NCBI RefSeq assembly: GCF_009914755.1
Contig: NC_060929.1
Length of the DNA: 64,000 nt
From: the human T2T-CHM13v2.0 reference genome, Homo sapiens
Strand: one strand, 5' to 3'
Shown here: one piece after another, positions 1 through 13,241 of the stretch
Numbering within the stretch: position 1 is the stretch's first letter
Layout: every line of letters starts with the position of its first letter
Position numbers and translations under genes: made by a program
Notes under the pieces: generated by a model
Seen by the model: only the letters and a program-made list of their open reading frames with translations
Database searches by the model: none
Told to the model about the DNA's origin: nothing

Positions 1-170
1 GTTATCCTCTCAGACTCAGTTTCCCGAATTATAAAAATGGAATAATAATGGCACCTATCTCATGGGGTATTGTAAGAGTTAAATTAGATAACCTATGAAA
101 AGCACTCAGCAATGCCCAGAAAAGTGTATGCGCTCAATAAAGGTTAGTTGTTGTTAGTAGTATTATGTGT
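1..170 (+). mobile_element. MIR SINE fragment
   Basis: MIR core-like ctcagtttcc...aaaatggaataataat...acctatctcatggggtattgtaagagttaaattagataa; boundaries approximate. Confidence 0.75.
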
Positions 171-397
171 AATTATTAATAACCAGGCTCATGTCTTGCC
201 ACTCATCCTGTAAACTGCCCTGGTTCATCAAACCACATTGCAGCCCATAAGTCCCAGACAAAAACATCAGATAATGCCATTGTATAGAATCCTACATATT
301 TATTCCTGACATCATTCTAATTCAGTCACTCCTCTTCACTCCTCCACCTGACTTGAATCATGCAGACAGCTTCCAACCACCCCCATGTGCCTTCTTC

Positions 398-552
398 ATT
401 TTATTTATTTATTTTTATTTATTATTACTTTTTTATAGACAGCGTCTCACTAATGTTGCCCAGGCTGGTTTTGAACTCCTTGGTTCAAACAATTCTCCCA
501 CCTCAGCCTCCAGGGTAGCTGGGACTGAAAGTGCCTATTACCACTCCTGACT
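398..552 (-). mobile_element. Alu monomer (FLAM-like)
   Basis: T-rich tail followed by agacagcgtctcactaatgttgcccaggctggttttgaactcc...; single monomer only. Confidence 0.8.
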
Positions 553-719
553 CCATGTGCCCTCTTTAGCTCCAGCCCCCATTCTGGCCTCCATCACTTC
601 ACTGGGACCTGCTCAAGCTAGCTGTGTTCTCTGTACCAGCCCCACTGCCTCAGTGAAAAGATTAGATCACCTTAATAAATCATCTAAAATTACTTAATAC
701 AATCCAGTATAAATGTATA

Positions 720-1730
720 AAATGTAACATCTTCATAATTTCCCCTTAATTCAATTAAATCTTGATTCTTCCCTTACTCCTCTCCAACCAAAACCTGTTC
801 CTTCCTGAGACCTCCTCATTTCAGTAAAAAGCACCTCTAGCACTTCCCCAGAATTCTAAATGTTGATTCTTTTCTTTTCTTACTCCCTAAATTCAATCCA
901 TTGGCAAGTTCTATAGTCTCAACTTTAAAATACATCCTGAATCTTTCCCCTTTTATCTCCATTACTAACACCTTTGTCCTTTGTAGAATCAGCATCAGCA
1001 CAACCTGCGAACATGGGCGCCATCCCACTTGTATTGAATCAGACCCCAGGGGGAAGAAGCAGGTCTATCAGCTTGTTCAGCCCTCCCTTCTGGTGATTCC
1101 CATGAACACTTTCATTTAAGAACCACTGCTCCCATCAAAACCACTGCCATTTCTCCCACTGGGAATATCACAATAGCCTTCTGACTCATGTCCCTGACCC
1201 GACTCTTTTGCTCCCCAACAATCCATTTTCCACACAGCAGCAAGAATAACATTTTTTCACTTAAAATCCTCCAATGACTTCCTATGTCCATTAAACTAAA
1301 ATCCATTTTTCTTGCTCTGGCTTACAAATCCCTTCATGAGCTGGCTACATCCTACTTTTCCAACTGCGTCTCTCTCTAGCATCTTTTACGAGCTGGTGAC
1401 ACTGGTCTTCTCTTGCCATTACTTGAACATATTCTGGTTTCTACCACAGGGCCTTGGTAAAAACTTGCTCTTCTGCTGGGATCATTCTTGTCATTGGGAT
1501 CCCAACTTCAACGTTTGCTCCTCAGAGAGGTCTTCCCATTATGTTATTTAATAAGCAGCTTCTGGGCTCCAATAAGTCATCACAATCAGATAGTCAACAT
1601 TCATTCTCTAAGTATCACTTACTGTGATCTCATAACTTTCTTATTTGCTAATTTGAGATCTATTATCTTTCTTCTACTAGAATAGTCTAAGAGTAAGGAC
1701 CTCATTCATTGTATTCACTCTTGTTCACTC
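720..1730 (-). mobile_element. L2 LINE fragments, interrupted by a MER5-like element
   Basis: Pyrimidine-rich L2 3'-type phrases (aaaatccttccaatgacttcc-like, tcctcagagaggtcttcc, ctactagaatagtctaagag); boundaries approximate. Confidence 0.55.
985..1128. mobile_element. MER5A-like hAT DNA transposon relic
   Basis: cagcatcagcac...tgaatcaga...ccctcccttctggtgattc...aagaaccactg resembles the MER5A consensus. Confidence 0.6.
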
Positions 1731-1731
1731 A

Positions 1732-2046
<315 letters not shown>

Positions 2047-2384
2047 GGCAGAAAGTACAACAATCACTGGCATATGTGCACCAAATGTTTAATAAATATT
2101 AATATTTAACAATAATTAATAAATAAATTATTTATTGAAATAACTCATTAATTTAAATAAAGCAGCAGAGGAAGAAATATTTTCAGCAGTTTCAGGGAAT
2201 TTGGAAAGTCTTCTTTAAGAAGACTGTGTCCCGTTACCCTGAAAAGAGGCAGAGTAGGACAATGGATTAAAACTAAGCTTGGAATCAGATCAAGCAGGGT
2301 TCAACTCCTAGGTCTACCTCTTACAACACACAAAAAGTATCTCTTTTTTTTAACTTGTTCAACTTCTAAAGCAATTTTTTATCT

Positions 2385-2650
2385 TTCATTTTTTTTTCAT
2401 TTGTTTTGTTTTTGGAACAAGGTCTTCCTCTGTCACCCAGGCTGGAGTGGGTGGCATGATCACTGCTCACTGCAGCCTTGGCCTCCCAGACTCAAGTAAT
2501 TGTCCCACCTCAGCCCCCTAAGTAGCTGAGACTATAGGTGTGTGCTACTGCACCCAGCTAACTTTTTATTTTTTGTAGAGACGAGATCTCACAATGTTGC
2601 CCAGGCTTGTCTCAAACTCCTGGACTCAAGAATTCCTCCTGCCTCCGGCT
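2385..2650 (-). mobile_element. AluJ inserted into a MIR
   Basis: J-type phrases (gctcactgcagcc, ttttgtagagacgagatctcacaatgttgcccagg); MIR-like sequence on both sides. Confidence 0.9.
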
Positions 2651-3645
2651 CAACATCTTCCTCTCAGGGTCATTGTTGGGATTAACTAAAATGATGTAAC
2701 ATGGAACATCACATATAGTAGATCTACTCTGTAAATTATACCTTGAAACTTTAAAGAAGATTTGGAGTTCCTTGAAAAATATATGTGTCGTATGACAATA
2801 TAAATGTAAATCAAAACAAAATAAAGAAATAGTTCACCCTATAATCTTGTTTCCTTCAAAGAAAAAACTATTTCACCTTGTCATTTCCCTTTCACATATA
2901 CATACAATTTTTTTACATAATGAAAATCTTAAAATGGGTTCAATTTTGTAATTTCTTGCCTTTTTGAAAACCCAATTCAAAATGTCTCCTTTTCTGTCTC
3001 TCTCTCTTTTTTTTTTCTCAAGCAGACAAAGTGATCAAGTTGCTGGTTTCTCCTGCCTTTGAAGCCGAAAGTCTTACTACCTTCTTGTACTGCTCTCTAC
3101 ATTAGCAATTTCATCTTGCACTCTGATATTATGAATGTCATGCCTTTAAAATGCATGAACCAACCCTTATTTGCACTAAAAATTCCAAGCCTTTGATCAT
3201 TCCTCATCCTTTTGCTCAAAAATAACTGCTCCAGGTTTTGACTTGAATAATGGTCAACTCAAAAGCACACATCTCCATGTTTGATCATGAATCTGCAAAA
3301 TTAAAAGTCTTTGTTCTCATTGGAGCAATGCTGGTAACAGGAAAAGGAGTGAATCCAGGAGGCAGATAGAAGTTGGAAGTCACAGAAATATGATGAGTAT
3401 CATCATTCTGGAGACAGCCTAAAGTGCATAAGTTGTTGGAGTGCTTGTGGCCACTCTGAGTGTTGTGAAGGGATGACATAGGTACAATAAGGAAACTATT
3501 GTAAACTAATAGATTTTGAAAAGTAAATAAGGGAAAGTGAAAGTCTCCAAGTTTACAATCTATCCAAGTAACATTAATTGAATGCTTACTGCATGCCATG
3601 CAATGTGATAAATTCTGGAAATATCATGATGATTAAAAATAAATA

Positions 3646-3947
3646 AGCCAGGCAGGGTAGATCATGCCTGTAATTCCCAGAGCTTTGGTAGACCAAGGCG
3701 AGGGGATTGCTTGAGGCCAGGAGTTCGAGACCATCCTGGGCAACATGACGAGACCCTGTCTCGAAAAAAAATTTTAAATTAGCCAGGTGTGGTGGTGCAT
3801 ACGAATAGTCCCAGCTACTCAGAAGGCTGAGGTGGGAGGATCATTTGAACTTAGGAGTTTGAGGTTTCAGTGAGCTATAATTGCAGCACTGCACTCTAGC
3901 TGGGGTAACAGACTGAGACTCTGTCTCTAAATAAATAAATAAATAAA
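3646..3947 (+). mobile_element. AluJ (Jo-like) with (TAAA)n tail
   Basis: ggattgcttgaggccaggagttcgagacc...gagaccctgtctc, full dimer. Confidence 0.92.
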
Positions 3948-5217
3948 ACTGAAATCTGAGCATAGTTCCTATTCCCATGGACTTTATAACCTAGTATAGG
4001 AAATAACAATGATTCCACTAAACACTTAAGTACACATCAGTTTACGACTGGTATTATCATTGGAAAGAAATGTGTGTAGTATTATAAAATCATGAAAAAA
4101 TTGGACTTCACCTGAACTTGGGGCTCAAGGAAGGCCTCTCTGAGAAAGGAGTATTTGATCTGAGATCTAAAAGTAGATGTTAACTAGGTAAATGTCTATG
4201 AGTTGGGGTTTGGAGGGACTGGGAGTACAGAGCATTCCAGACAGAGAGCACAGCATCCACAAAGGCCCTAAGTCAGAAACAACAAGGCCTGTTGACAGAA
4301 CTGATAGAAAACCAGTATGACAATGGCTAAAATTGCTCAGAAGGTGAGTCAGAGCACCATGCAAGTCAACGTTGGGATGTGTCTAAATCAGTGATAGAGC
4401 TGTAACTCACAAAGTCAGCTGTGAGGATTAAAGAAAGAAAATAAGATAACCTTGGTAAGGAACATAGTACACTGCCTGGCACAAACCAAAGCTATTTGTA
4501 AGTGTTCCCTATTCTTATTATCATCATATTCATTACCATGTCTACTTGCTCATACATTAGCCATTTCAACTTTTCTGCCATCTTACCAAGTCAGGTCAGG
4601 CCACTATTGTTCCTCACATGGATCACTCCAATAGCTTGCTTTCAAACTCATTCTCTACACTGAATTCTTCCCTTCCCACATGAAAGCATTTAATGATTCC
4701 ACCTCTGGTTAGTTGTGTATAATTTTGGCTTTGAATATGGTTCATTGTGTACAATGCTTATAAGGTTAAAAGCCAGACATTATTTATACCAGTCAAAATA
4801 CATAGAAAATACCGTCATTACCACCCAAGATAGTGATAGAGATGGCTTAAATAATATGCGCTTAAAATGCCAGGTAAAATTAAAATATCATCCAGAGTAA
4901 TTATAACTTTAACTAAGGAGTCACCTGTCAGGTAGGATCTCCAAAATACCAAAAACTATATTGAGTGGGGAAGGTGAGGCTGCATCTGCTCAGTGGAAGA
5001 TCTAGGGAGAGCTAGAAATACCAGCTGGAGCCTCTGATCACTTTAAAGTACAGCCTTCAGTAAAACCTCTCCAGAGTGAAGTTCCGTTGACAGTCATAGC
5101 TCTCTGCTCCCGCCAACCAAGTCTAGAGCACCGGCCCAACTAGGACCCCAACTTCCTCATCAACAGTGTAAGAAGTGAAGCTGGGAGAGCCACATAAGCA
5201 ATAGAATTTCTAATTAA

Positions 5218-5562
<345 letters not shown>

Positions 5563-5956
5563 TTAGTCCTGGCTAGCCTGTAGGTAAATACCTACCATAA
5601 TAAAGGAACTTAAATGGCATAGTCTGCAAAACCAAGAGAAGTACAAACATAATAGAGTCACCTTCTAAATAAAACCCTTCTAATGATTCACATTGCCTTA
5701 AGATAAAATCACTCCATGTAGAGCTTTTTATGATTTATTATCTATACCCTCTGAAATTCCTCCAACCTCATCTCTCATTACAACCCACACTCACTCAACA
5801 CTCCAAACTTAACCACAGCTTTTGAAATCCCTTGAGTGGACTATGCACCAGCTCATCTTTGGGTCTTAGGATATAGGCTACTCTATCTGCCTAGAATTTC
5901 TTCCCTCCCTGCTACCAATTCATTCTTCAGGACTCAGCTGAGAAATTATCTTCCAT

Positions 5957-6252
5957 GGCCGGGCACAGTGGCTCATGCCTGTAATCCCAGCACTTTGGGA
6001 GACCAAGGTGGGCGGATCAACTGGGGTCGGGATTTCAATGACAGTCTGACCAACATGGAGAAACCCCGTCTCTACTAAAAATACAAAATTAGCCGGGCAT
6101 GGTGGCGCATGCCTGTAATCACAGCTACTCGGGAGGCTGAGGCAGGAGAATCACTTGAAGCCAGGAGGCAGAGGTTGCAGTGAGCCTAGATTGTGCCATT
6201 GCACTCTAGCTTGGGCAACAAGAGCGAAACTCTGTCTCAAAAAAAAAAAAAA
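5957..6252 (+). mobile_element. AluSp/Sq-like
   Basis: accaacatggagaaaccc and caacaagagcgaaactc diagnostics; TSD aaattatcttcc. Confidence 0.93.
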
Positions 6253-6429
6253 TTATCTTCCGAAAGATGCCTGTCCTAAATACCCTATCCTGGGTTTTGT
6301 GTCTCTCCTAAATGTTCCCACAGCACCCTGTATCTATGCTTAGTAAACCACTGCCTGTTTTTGCACTCCACACAACCACACTAGATTGTGACCTGCCTGA
6401 AAGAAAATACAGTGATGTCTTCATTCATC

Positions 6430-7158
6430 TCTTTTTTCTTTTTTGTTTTAAATAATTTCAACTTTCATTTTAAATTCATGGGATACAAGTGCAGACTTGT
6501 TACATGGGTATATTACATGACACTAAGGTTTGGAGTACAGATGATCTTGTCACCCAGTAGTGAACATAGTACCCTACAGGTAGTTTTTTACCCCATACCC
6601 TTCACACACTCTCCCTCAACCCCAGTAGTCCCCAGTATCTGTTGTTTCCATCTTTATGTCCATGTGTGCTCAATGTTTAGCTCCCACTAAATAAGAACAT
6701 GCTGTCCCTGTGATTTTTGCTTAGAATAATGGCCTCCAGCCTGGATCCATATTGCTGCAAAGGACGTAATTTTATCTTTTTATGACTATGTAATATTCCA
6801 TGGGGTGTATGTATGGCATTTTGTTTATGCAATCCACCATCATTGGGCACTTAGGTGCTATTGTGAATAGCACTGGGATGAACATACAAGTGTGTATGTC
6901 TTTTTTGTAGAACAATTGATTTTCCTTTGAGTATATACCCAGTAATGGGATGGCTGGGTCGAATGGTAGTTGTATTTTAAATTCTTTGAGAAATCTCCAA
7001 ACTGCCTTTCACAGTGGCTGAACTGATTTAAATTCCCATCAATAGTGTATGAACATTCCCTTTTCTCCACAGTCTCAGCAGCATCTGTTATTTTTTGATT
7101 TTTTAATAATAGCCATTCTGACTGGTGTGAGATGGTATCTCATTGTGGTTTTAATTCA
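6430..7158 (-). mobile_element. L1 3' end (L1PA16-like), 5'-truncated
   Basis: tttcaactttcattttaaattcatgggatacaagtgcagacttgttacatggg..., ending in ORF2 C-terminal sequence ccattctgactggtgtgagatggtatctcattgtgg. Confidence 0.88.
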
Positions 7159-7440
7159 TTCACCAAATTGAGAGTTTTCTTTATTCACAGTAGTGAATAA
7201 AAATAAAGTCCCTATCCTCAAGGAGCTTATATACTTTATTTAGCTTGTCTTTCCAGCAGGTAGCAGCACATAGTAAACAATAGATGAAGAGAGTTTGAGT
7301 GGATAGGAGTTGTTCTTGTCATTGTTATTAGTTGGGAAATCTCTGAGAACAACCTTGCCCAGGGCAGGAGAGTTTAGAACATTTACTTTGTTTATAATAT
7401 TTATTTATTTTCTGGTTATTGAAAACTATATTCAGTATAC

Positions 7441-7445
<5 letters not shown>

Positions 7446-7472
<27 letters not shown>
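7446..7472. repeat. (TA)n microsatellite, ~13 units
   Basis: Read directly. Confidence 0.95.
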
Positions 7473-7474
<2 letters not shown>

Positions 7475-7587
7475 CGAAAGAAGTGAGTAGAAACTCAGCT
7501 GAAAACACATATGAAACATTTATTGATATTTTATGTTTTCTTGCTGTATGTTTCTGTGTATGTGTATATGTAAGGATATGTACAGTT

Positions 7588-8245
7588 CTTCAATTGCTTT
7601 ATTGGAATATAATTCATACATCATACAGTTCACCCATTTAAAGTGTTTTTTGTATGTTCACGGGATGGTACAACAATCACCACAATCTAAATTCTAGAAC
7701 ATTTTCATCTTCCCAGAAAGAGATTCTACATACCATTTAATTAGCAATCACCCCCAACATTGCACTCCCTTGCTCCAGGCAACCACTAATCTACTTTCTG
7801 TCTCTATGGATTTGACTATTCTAGGCATTTTATATAAATGGAATTATACAACATATAGTTTTGTGATTTGCTTCCTTCGCTTAGCATAATGTTTTCAAGG
7901 ATCATCCATGTTGTAGCATGCCAGTACTTTATTTATTTTTATAGCCAAATAATATTTCATTGTGTAGGTATACCATATTTTATTTATCCATTCATCACTT
8001 GATAGACATTTGGGTTGTTTCCACTATTTGGCTATCAGGAATAATGCTGCTATAAACATTCATATACAAGGTTTTGTGTGGTTGTATGCCTTCATTTCTT
8101 TTGCTTATCTGCCAAGTAGTAAAATTGCTGGGTAATACGGTAACTCTGTGTTTAACATTTTGAGCAAATACCAAACTGTTTTCAAAGTGGCTATACCAAT
8201 TTATCTTCCCACCAGCAACAAATGAAGGTTTCATTTTCTCCTATA
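7588..8245 (-). mobile_element. L1MB-type 3' fragment
   Basis: gctttattggaatataattcatacatcatacagttcacccatttaaagtg...caggcaaccactaatctactttctgtctctatggatttg. Confidence 0.85.
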
Positions 8246-8368
8246 TTTCTTAACTTAGGGAAGTTCTTATTGTATATAGGTAAGATTTTACTGTATAAAG
8301 CAGACTTAGGTTCTGCTTTACAAACTACACAAGTGCTTCTCTCTTATAAAAGAATTACTTGTAATGGC

Positions 8369-8765
8369 TGTATTAGTCTGTTCAGGCTGCCATAACAAAA
8401 TGCCACAGTTTAGGTGATGTAAACAACAGAAATGTATTTTCTTACAGTTCTAGAGGCTGGAAAGCGCAAAATCAAGTTTCCAGCGGGGTTTAGTTTCTGG
8501 CAAGGGCTCTCTTCCTGGCTTGCAGACGGGTACTTTGTCCTCAGATGACCTTTTCTCAGAGCACATGCCTAGAGAAGAGAGAGAGAGCTCTGGTCGATCT
8601 TCCTCTTCTTATAAAGACAAAAATTCTCTCAGATTAGAGCCCCACCTTTATGACCTCACTTAACGTTTATTACCTGTTTACAGTCCCTGTCTCCAAACAC
8701 AGTCACATTAGGGGTTAGGGCTTCAACATGTGAATTTAGAGGAGGACACAATTCAGTCCATAGCA
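8369..8765 (-). mobile_element. MaLR solo LTR (MLT1A/MLT1A0-like)
   Basis: tgtattagtctgttcaggctgccataacaaa...acaattcagtccatagca; 5-bp TSD atggc/gtggc. Confidence 0.9.
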
Positions 8766-11700
8766 GTGGCTAAAAAAAAATGGTCTGTTGCAAAATTCTA
8801 TATGAAAATGATGCTCTAGGAGCACGATATTAAAGTTTAAAAACTTTTTCCTTAAAATATATTATTTGCAAATTTTCTTTAAAATTCATTTTGTTGTGTT
8901 AGCTACATACCCTTCACGTCCAAGTGTGGATAAAAGTGTCTTTCTGAAATTTCTCACCTGCATCTACTTGCAATCTGGAAGAACAGACTTCACACTCTTT
9001 CAAAAGATATTTAAATTTTCTGTGTAGCTCAACTGTTGTTGTCTCTAACTCCATTTCTATGCTAGAGAAAATGATGCCTTTTACACCATTGAGAGCCTGT
9101 ATAATCTTGAAAGTTTTCATTTGAACTGATGAAGGAAAAGAGGCCATCCTAGAGTTAGCTTTATTGGAAGCTTCTACTAAGCAAAACTTCAGATTTCCAA
9201 AGGAAACTAATTGGAACCCTGAAGCAGATGGGAAAAGCAGAAATTTCGGAACACCTCGGTGACCTCATTACAAGCATAATGAAGGAGGCAACGATGGAGT
9301 TAATTAGAAGAGAGGCAAGAAAAAGATTAAATGAGAGTACAAAAAAAAATGTAACTCAGAGAAAGAGAGGCATTCAGCAAGAAATAGAATATGCTGATCT
9401 CTGCAAAACTATTCAGAACCGAGGGAGATGGGAGCTAGAATCAAACAAAAGGCATATAAACCAGGTGGCCACTGAGGATGAAAAGTCTGTAGAAAACACA
9501 AAGAGCGGGCACCTGGGAAGGAATGACCAGATATCTGCATCAAGCAGAAAATATAGACTTGGTAGCCAAAGGAATTTAGTTAGTTACACAAGAGGAGTCG
9601 TTCTTAATTGGGTGACACTGATTGTGTGCTTGTGTGTGTGTGATGGATAAAAGTCATGGATTTCTTAATAGTCACAAATAGATATTAGTCCAAATTTGTC
9701 CATTGCCACTTAAGGCCACCTTAAACTGTTAACATCTTTACCACTTTCTAGCCTAAGGGCTATTACTCCACTATGTGTAGAGACCAAACAGACCTCTAAA
9801 GATCATTATTTTCATAAGCAATATTTGCCCTTCAGACGTAGGCTGCAGATGGTAAATTTTAAAACTTGTCCATGAAATGGCATTTTAGACATGTAGTTTG
9901 TCCATTTGTTTATGGCTCATACTCATTTTGAGAACAACAAGAAGACAGTTTCATAGCTCTAAAATTCACGTGTGAAAGTTTGTTGCAAGAAAAGAATACC
10001 ATGCTTTCTGGTCCAAATATAATTATGCTGCTTGTGTAGACTGGAGGCTTAAATTGTAAGAAATTGTAGAGACAGGATCCAGAAAATATTCAGTTGACAC
10101 AGACTAGCTTCTAGAAAGTTCAGCTCCAAACTTTATTTCCGAATCATATAGATTAGCTAGTTACAATGAGCCCACAGATTAGAAATTTACCACATATTTT
10201 CTTTATTTATATTTGAAATAATCCAGGTCTACAGGCTGTGGTTGAATTGAACATGAAACCGCAAGTTTGATTTGCTGTAGTTCACCTTAAAGCCACGTGG
10301 TGATACATTTATGGCTCCAGGTTTTCACTCATGTACCTCCCCCAGAGATGTCACCGGGCAAGCATCAAATTGGACTAACCAGTCATTTTTGCTCTAGTCC
10401 TACAGTGATCAAGAATGTAAGATTTCTTCTAGCTCAGCTTGTTACATGAATAATGTAGAAGGTACATTTCTCACATGTATCATATCTTCAAACCTCTTAC
10501 AGAGCTATATTCCATTGTATAGATAAATTAAAAGTTAATGCTTCAAACTTCCTTTACAGCATAAAAGAAGAAATAAAATTTTAAAATATAAACAAAGAAA
10601 AGGGGCAAGTTATTTTGAATGTGATTTTTGGACAGTTGATTCCAAATAAGAGGAAGTAATATCTCATCAGAACTTTGGTAGGAATTTATACTACTGCAGC
10701 CTACTTCATTTAGCTCCATCATGGCAATTGTTTCCTAGTAACTAGTCTTCCCAGCAAATCAGAAATTCATTTTTTAAGCATGGTCTTTTTAGTTCACTAA
10801 TCTCTTTAATTACCCCACTTCAACCCTTTTAACTCTCTATCTGCCAGGCCAATTCCAAAGCCTAAAACTTCTAATTATTCTCTTCTATTTCCTCTGCCCT
10901 GTTGAACAGAAGTGTTTAACAGTCTGACTTCTGAAAAAAGTCAGATAACCATGTTGATTGGCTTCTACAAACTTCTACTTCCTGAGTTTTCTCCAATTGC
11001 TTTTAACTTCCAAGTTTACAGTAAATGAATAAACAGTAATAGCTATCCAATTGTGAGCTCTGGAGTCATTCCTATCTCATCCCTTTTTAACCCCTCCCCT
11101 CCTGCCATCTTCACTGTGGTTTATGCTTGTTAATAATCTTGGCTCCTTGTGAAGATTCCTTCTCTTGCTTAGCCACTTGGACTTAAACTGTGCTTTGAAC
11201 TGTAGTTGTTTATATTTGGCTTTGCTTCTTTGATGGCACTCGTTCTTTGAAAAATACAACAATATTCGCTATTTAAGGATAGGTCTTAGTCACCTTTGAT
11301 TCCCTCACTCAAAGATATAATAGCAGCCACTAAAAGATATCCTGTCCCCGTCACCTAACCAAGTTCTTCTTCTTCTTGGCTCCTTCCAGGTAGGGAGCAA
11401 CTTTGAACATCATTCAACCATATTCAGGACCCAACACTGTTCCATAACCCTTCTACAAATTCCTGAATTGTATCAAGTTTCCTTCTGTGTTCTTCCCAAT
11501 ATCTAACATTCTCTGGAGAACTGCCAAGCACTCCCACCCCTCATTTGCAGCATACACCCAACTTTATCAATCAGTCCAAAGTCATTCAACAATATTAAGA
11601 TGCTTAACTTCTTAACAATTCAAGGGCAATTATCAATTTCTCAAGAGCTGAGTTTGGAAATGCCACTCACAAGATTCTGACAAGCATGGTGCAGACACAA

Positions 11701-11898
11701 GGTGGACTCCAAGCCTAAGCCATTTGTCTGGAGATCTGCTAGTTAAATTGGTTTTATTTGAAAACTAAATGGGAAAACCTAATGAAGGAAATGGTATGAA
11801 AGATTAAAGGCACAAAGGAGGGAGGAAGTTTACGGATACCAAATTGAGTTCATGAGAATGCTGGAAAATATTGTATATACTGATCAAATGTGTGAAAG

Positions 11899-12556
11899 TG
11901 ATATGGTTTGACTCTGTGTCCCCACCCAAATCTCATCTTGAATTGTATTCCCATAATCCCCATGTGTTGTGGGAGGGACCTGGTGGGAGATAATTTGAAT
12001 TATGGGGGCAGTTTCTCCCATAGTGTTCTGGTGGTAGTGAATAAGTCTCACGAGATCTGATGGGTTTATCAGGGGTTTCTGCTTTTGCATCTTCCTCATT
12101 TTCTCTTGATGCTGCCATGTAAGAAGTGCCTTTTGCCTCCTGCCATGATTCTGAGGCCTCCCCTGCCACGTGGAACTGTAAGTCCAATTAAAACTTTTTC
12201 CCTTTTTTTTTTTTTTTGAGACTGAGTCTTGCTGTGTCGCCTAGGCTGGAGTGCGTGATCTCGTCTCACTGCAACCTCCACCTCCCGAATTCAAGCAATT
12301 CTCTGCCTCCACCTCCCGAGTAGCTGGGATTACAGGCGCCTGCCACCATGCTGGGCTAATTTTTGTATTTTTAGTAGAGACAGGGTTTCACCATGTTGGC
12401 CAGGCTGGTCTTGAACTCCCGACCTTGTGATACACCCGCTTCAGCCTCCCAAAGTGCTGGGATTACAGGCGTGAGTCACCGCACCCAGCCTCAAACTTCT
12501 TTTTCTTCCCAGTCTTGGATATGTCTTTATCAGCAGCATGCAAATAGACTAATACA
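11899..12556 (+). mobile_element. THE1 (THE1A/B-like) solo LTR interrupted by an Alu
   Basis: tgatatggtttgactctgtgtccccacccaaatctc...gactaataca termini; perfect 5-bp TSD gaaag (11894-11898, 12557-12561). Confidence 0.93.
12203..12490 (-). mobile_element. AluS (Sg/Sc-like) nested in THE1 LTR
   Basis: Poly(T) followed by a full antisense dimer. Confidence 0.93.
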
Positions 12557-13241
12557 GAAAGCCAGCATCAATCACTAGGGAAAGCACCAGAATAGACAAG
12601 CAACAGGGAGCAGAACACATATTCCAGGGTGACAAGGCAAACAGAGTAGGGTGGGAGTGAAGGCATGCCTTTCCTTATATGGAGCTGAGATGTGGTGAGA
12701 ACAATGCGGTGTGATGACAGGAGTAGAATGGGTGGGAATGAGTAAGCCAAGAATGGAGTGCCAAGGCCTTTGCTCTCACAGAAGAGGGGAAGAATGGAAA
12801 TAAGACCACATTATTAACAGATTGTGCTCCACTTTTAAAATAAATCTAAAATTCCATTGTTGTACATTGACACACTCTTACACAATTAGTTCTGGTTCTA
12901 TTTTAAATCAGAATTATATGCTTGGAGCAAGTATGTTCTATATTACATTTGAAAGTTTCCTGTACGAGGAGCACACTTGGTGATGAGGGAAGGAATAATA
13001 ATACAATAATAATGCCACCATTTATTTATATAAAGTTTTATCATAATACTTTTTGGCAAAATACTTATTTAATTGTATAAAATGATTGTATGTGATATAT
13101 AATATTTTATTGATAATAATATAATAATGAAGACTGTATAATATATAGTATAACATAATATAATATAATAAAAAATACTGTAACACATTTGTCTCCAAGC
13201 CTTTACTAAATCCTTGCCTTCTTCCCTCGACTCCTTGCTAG

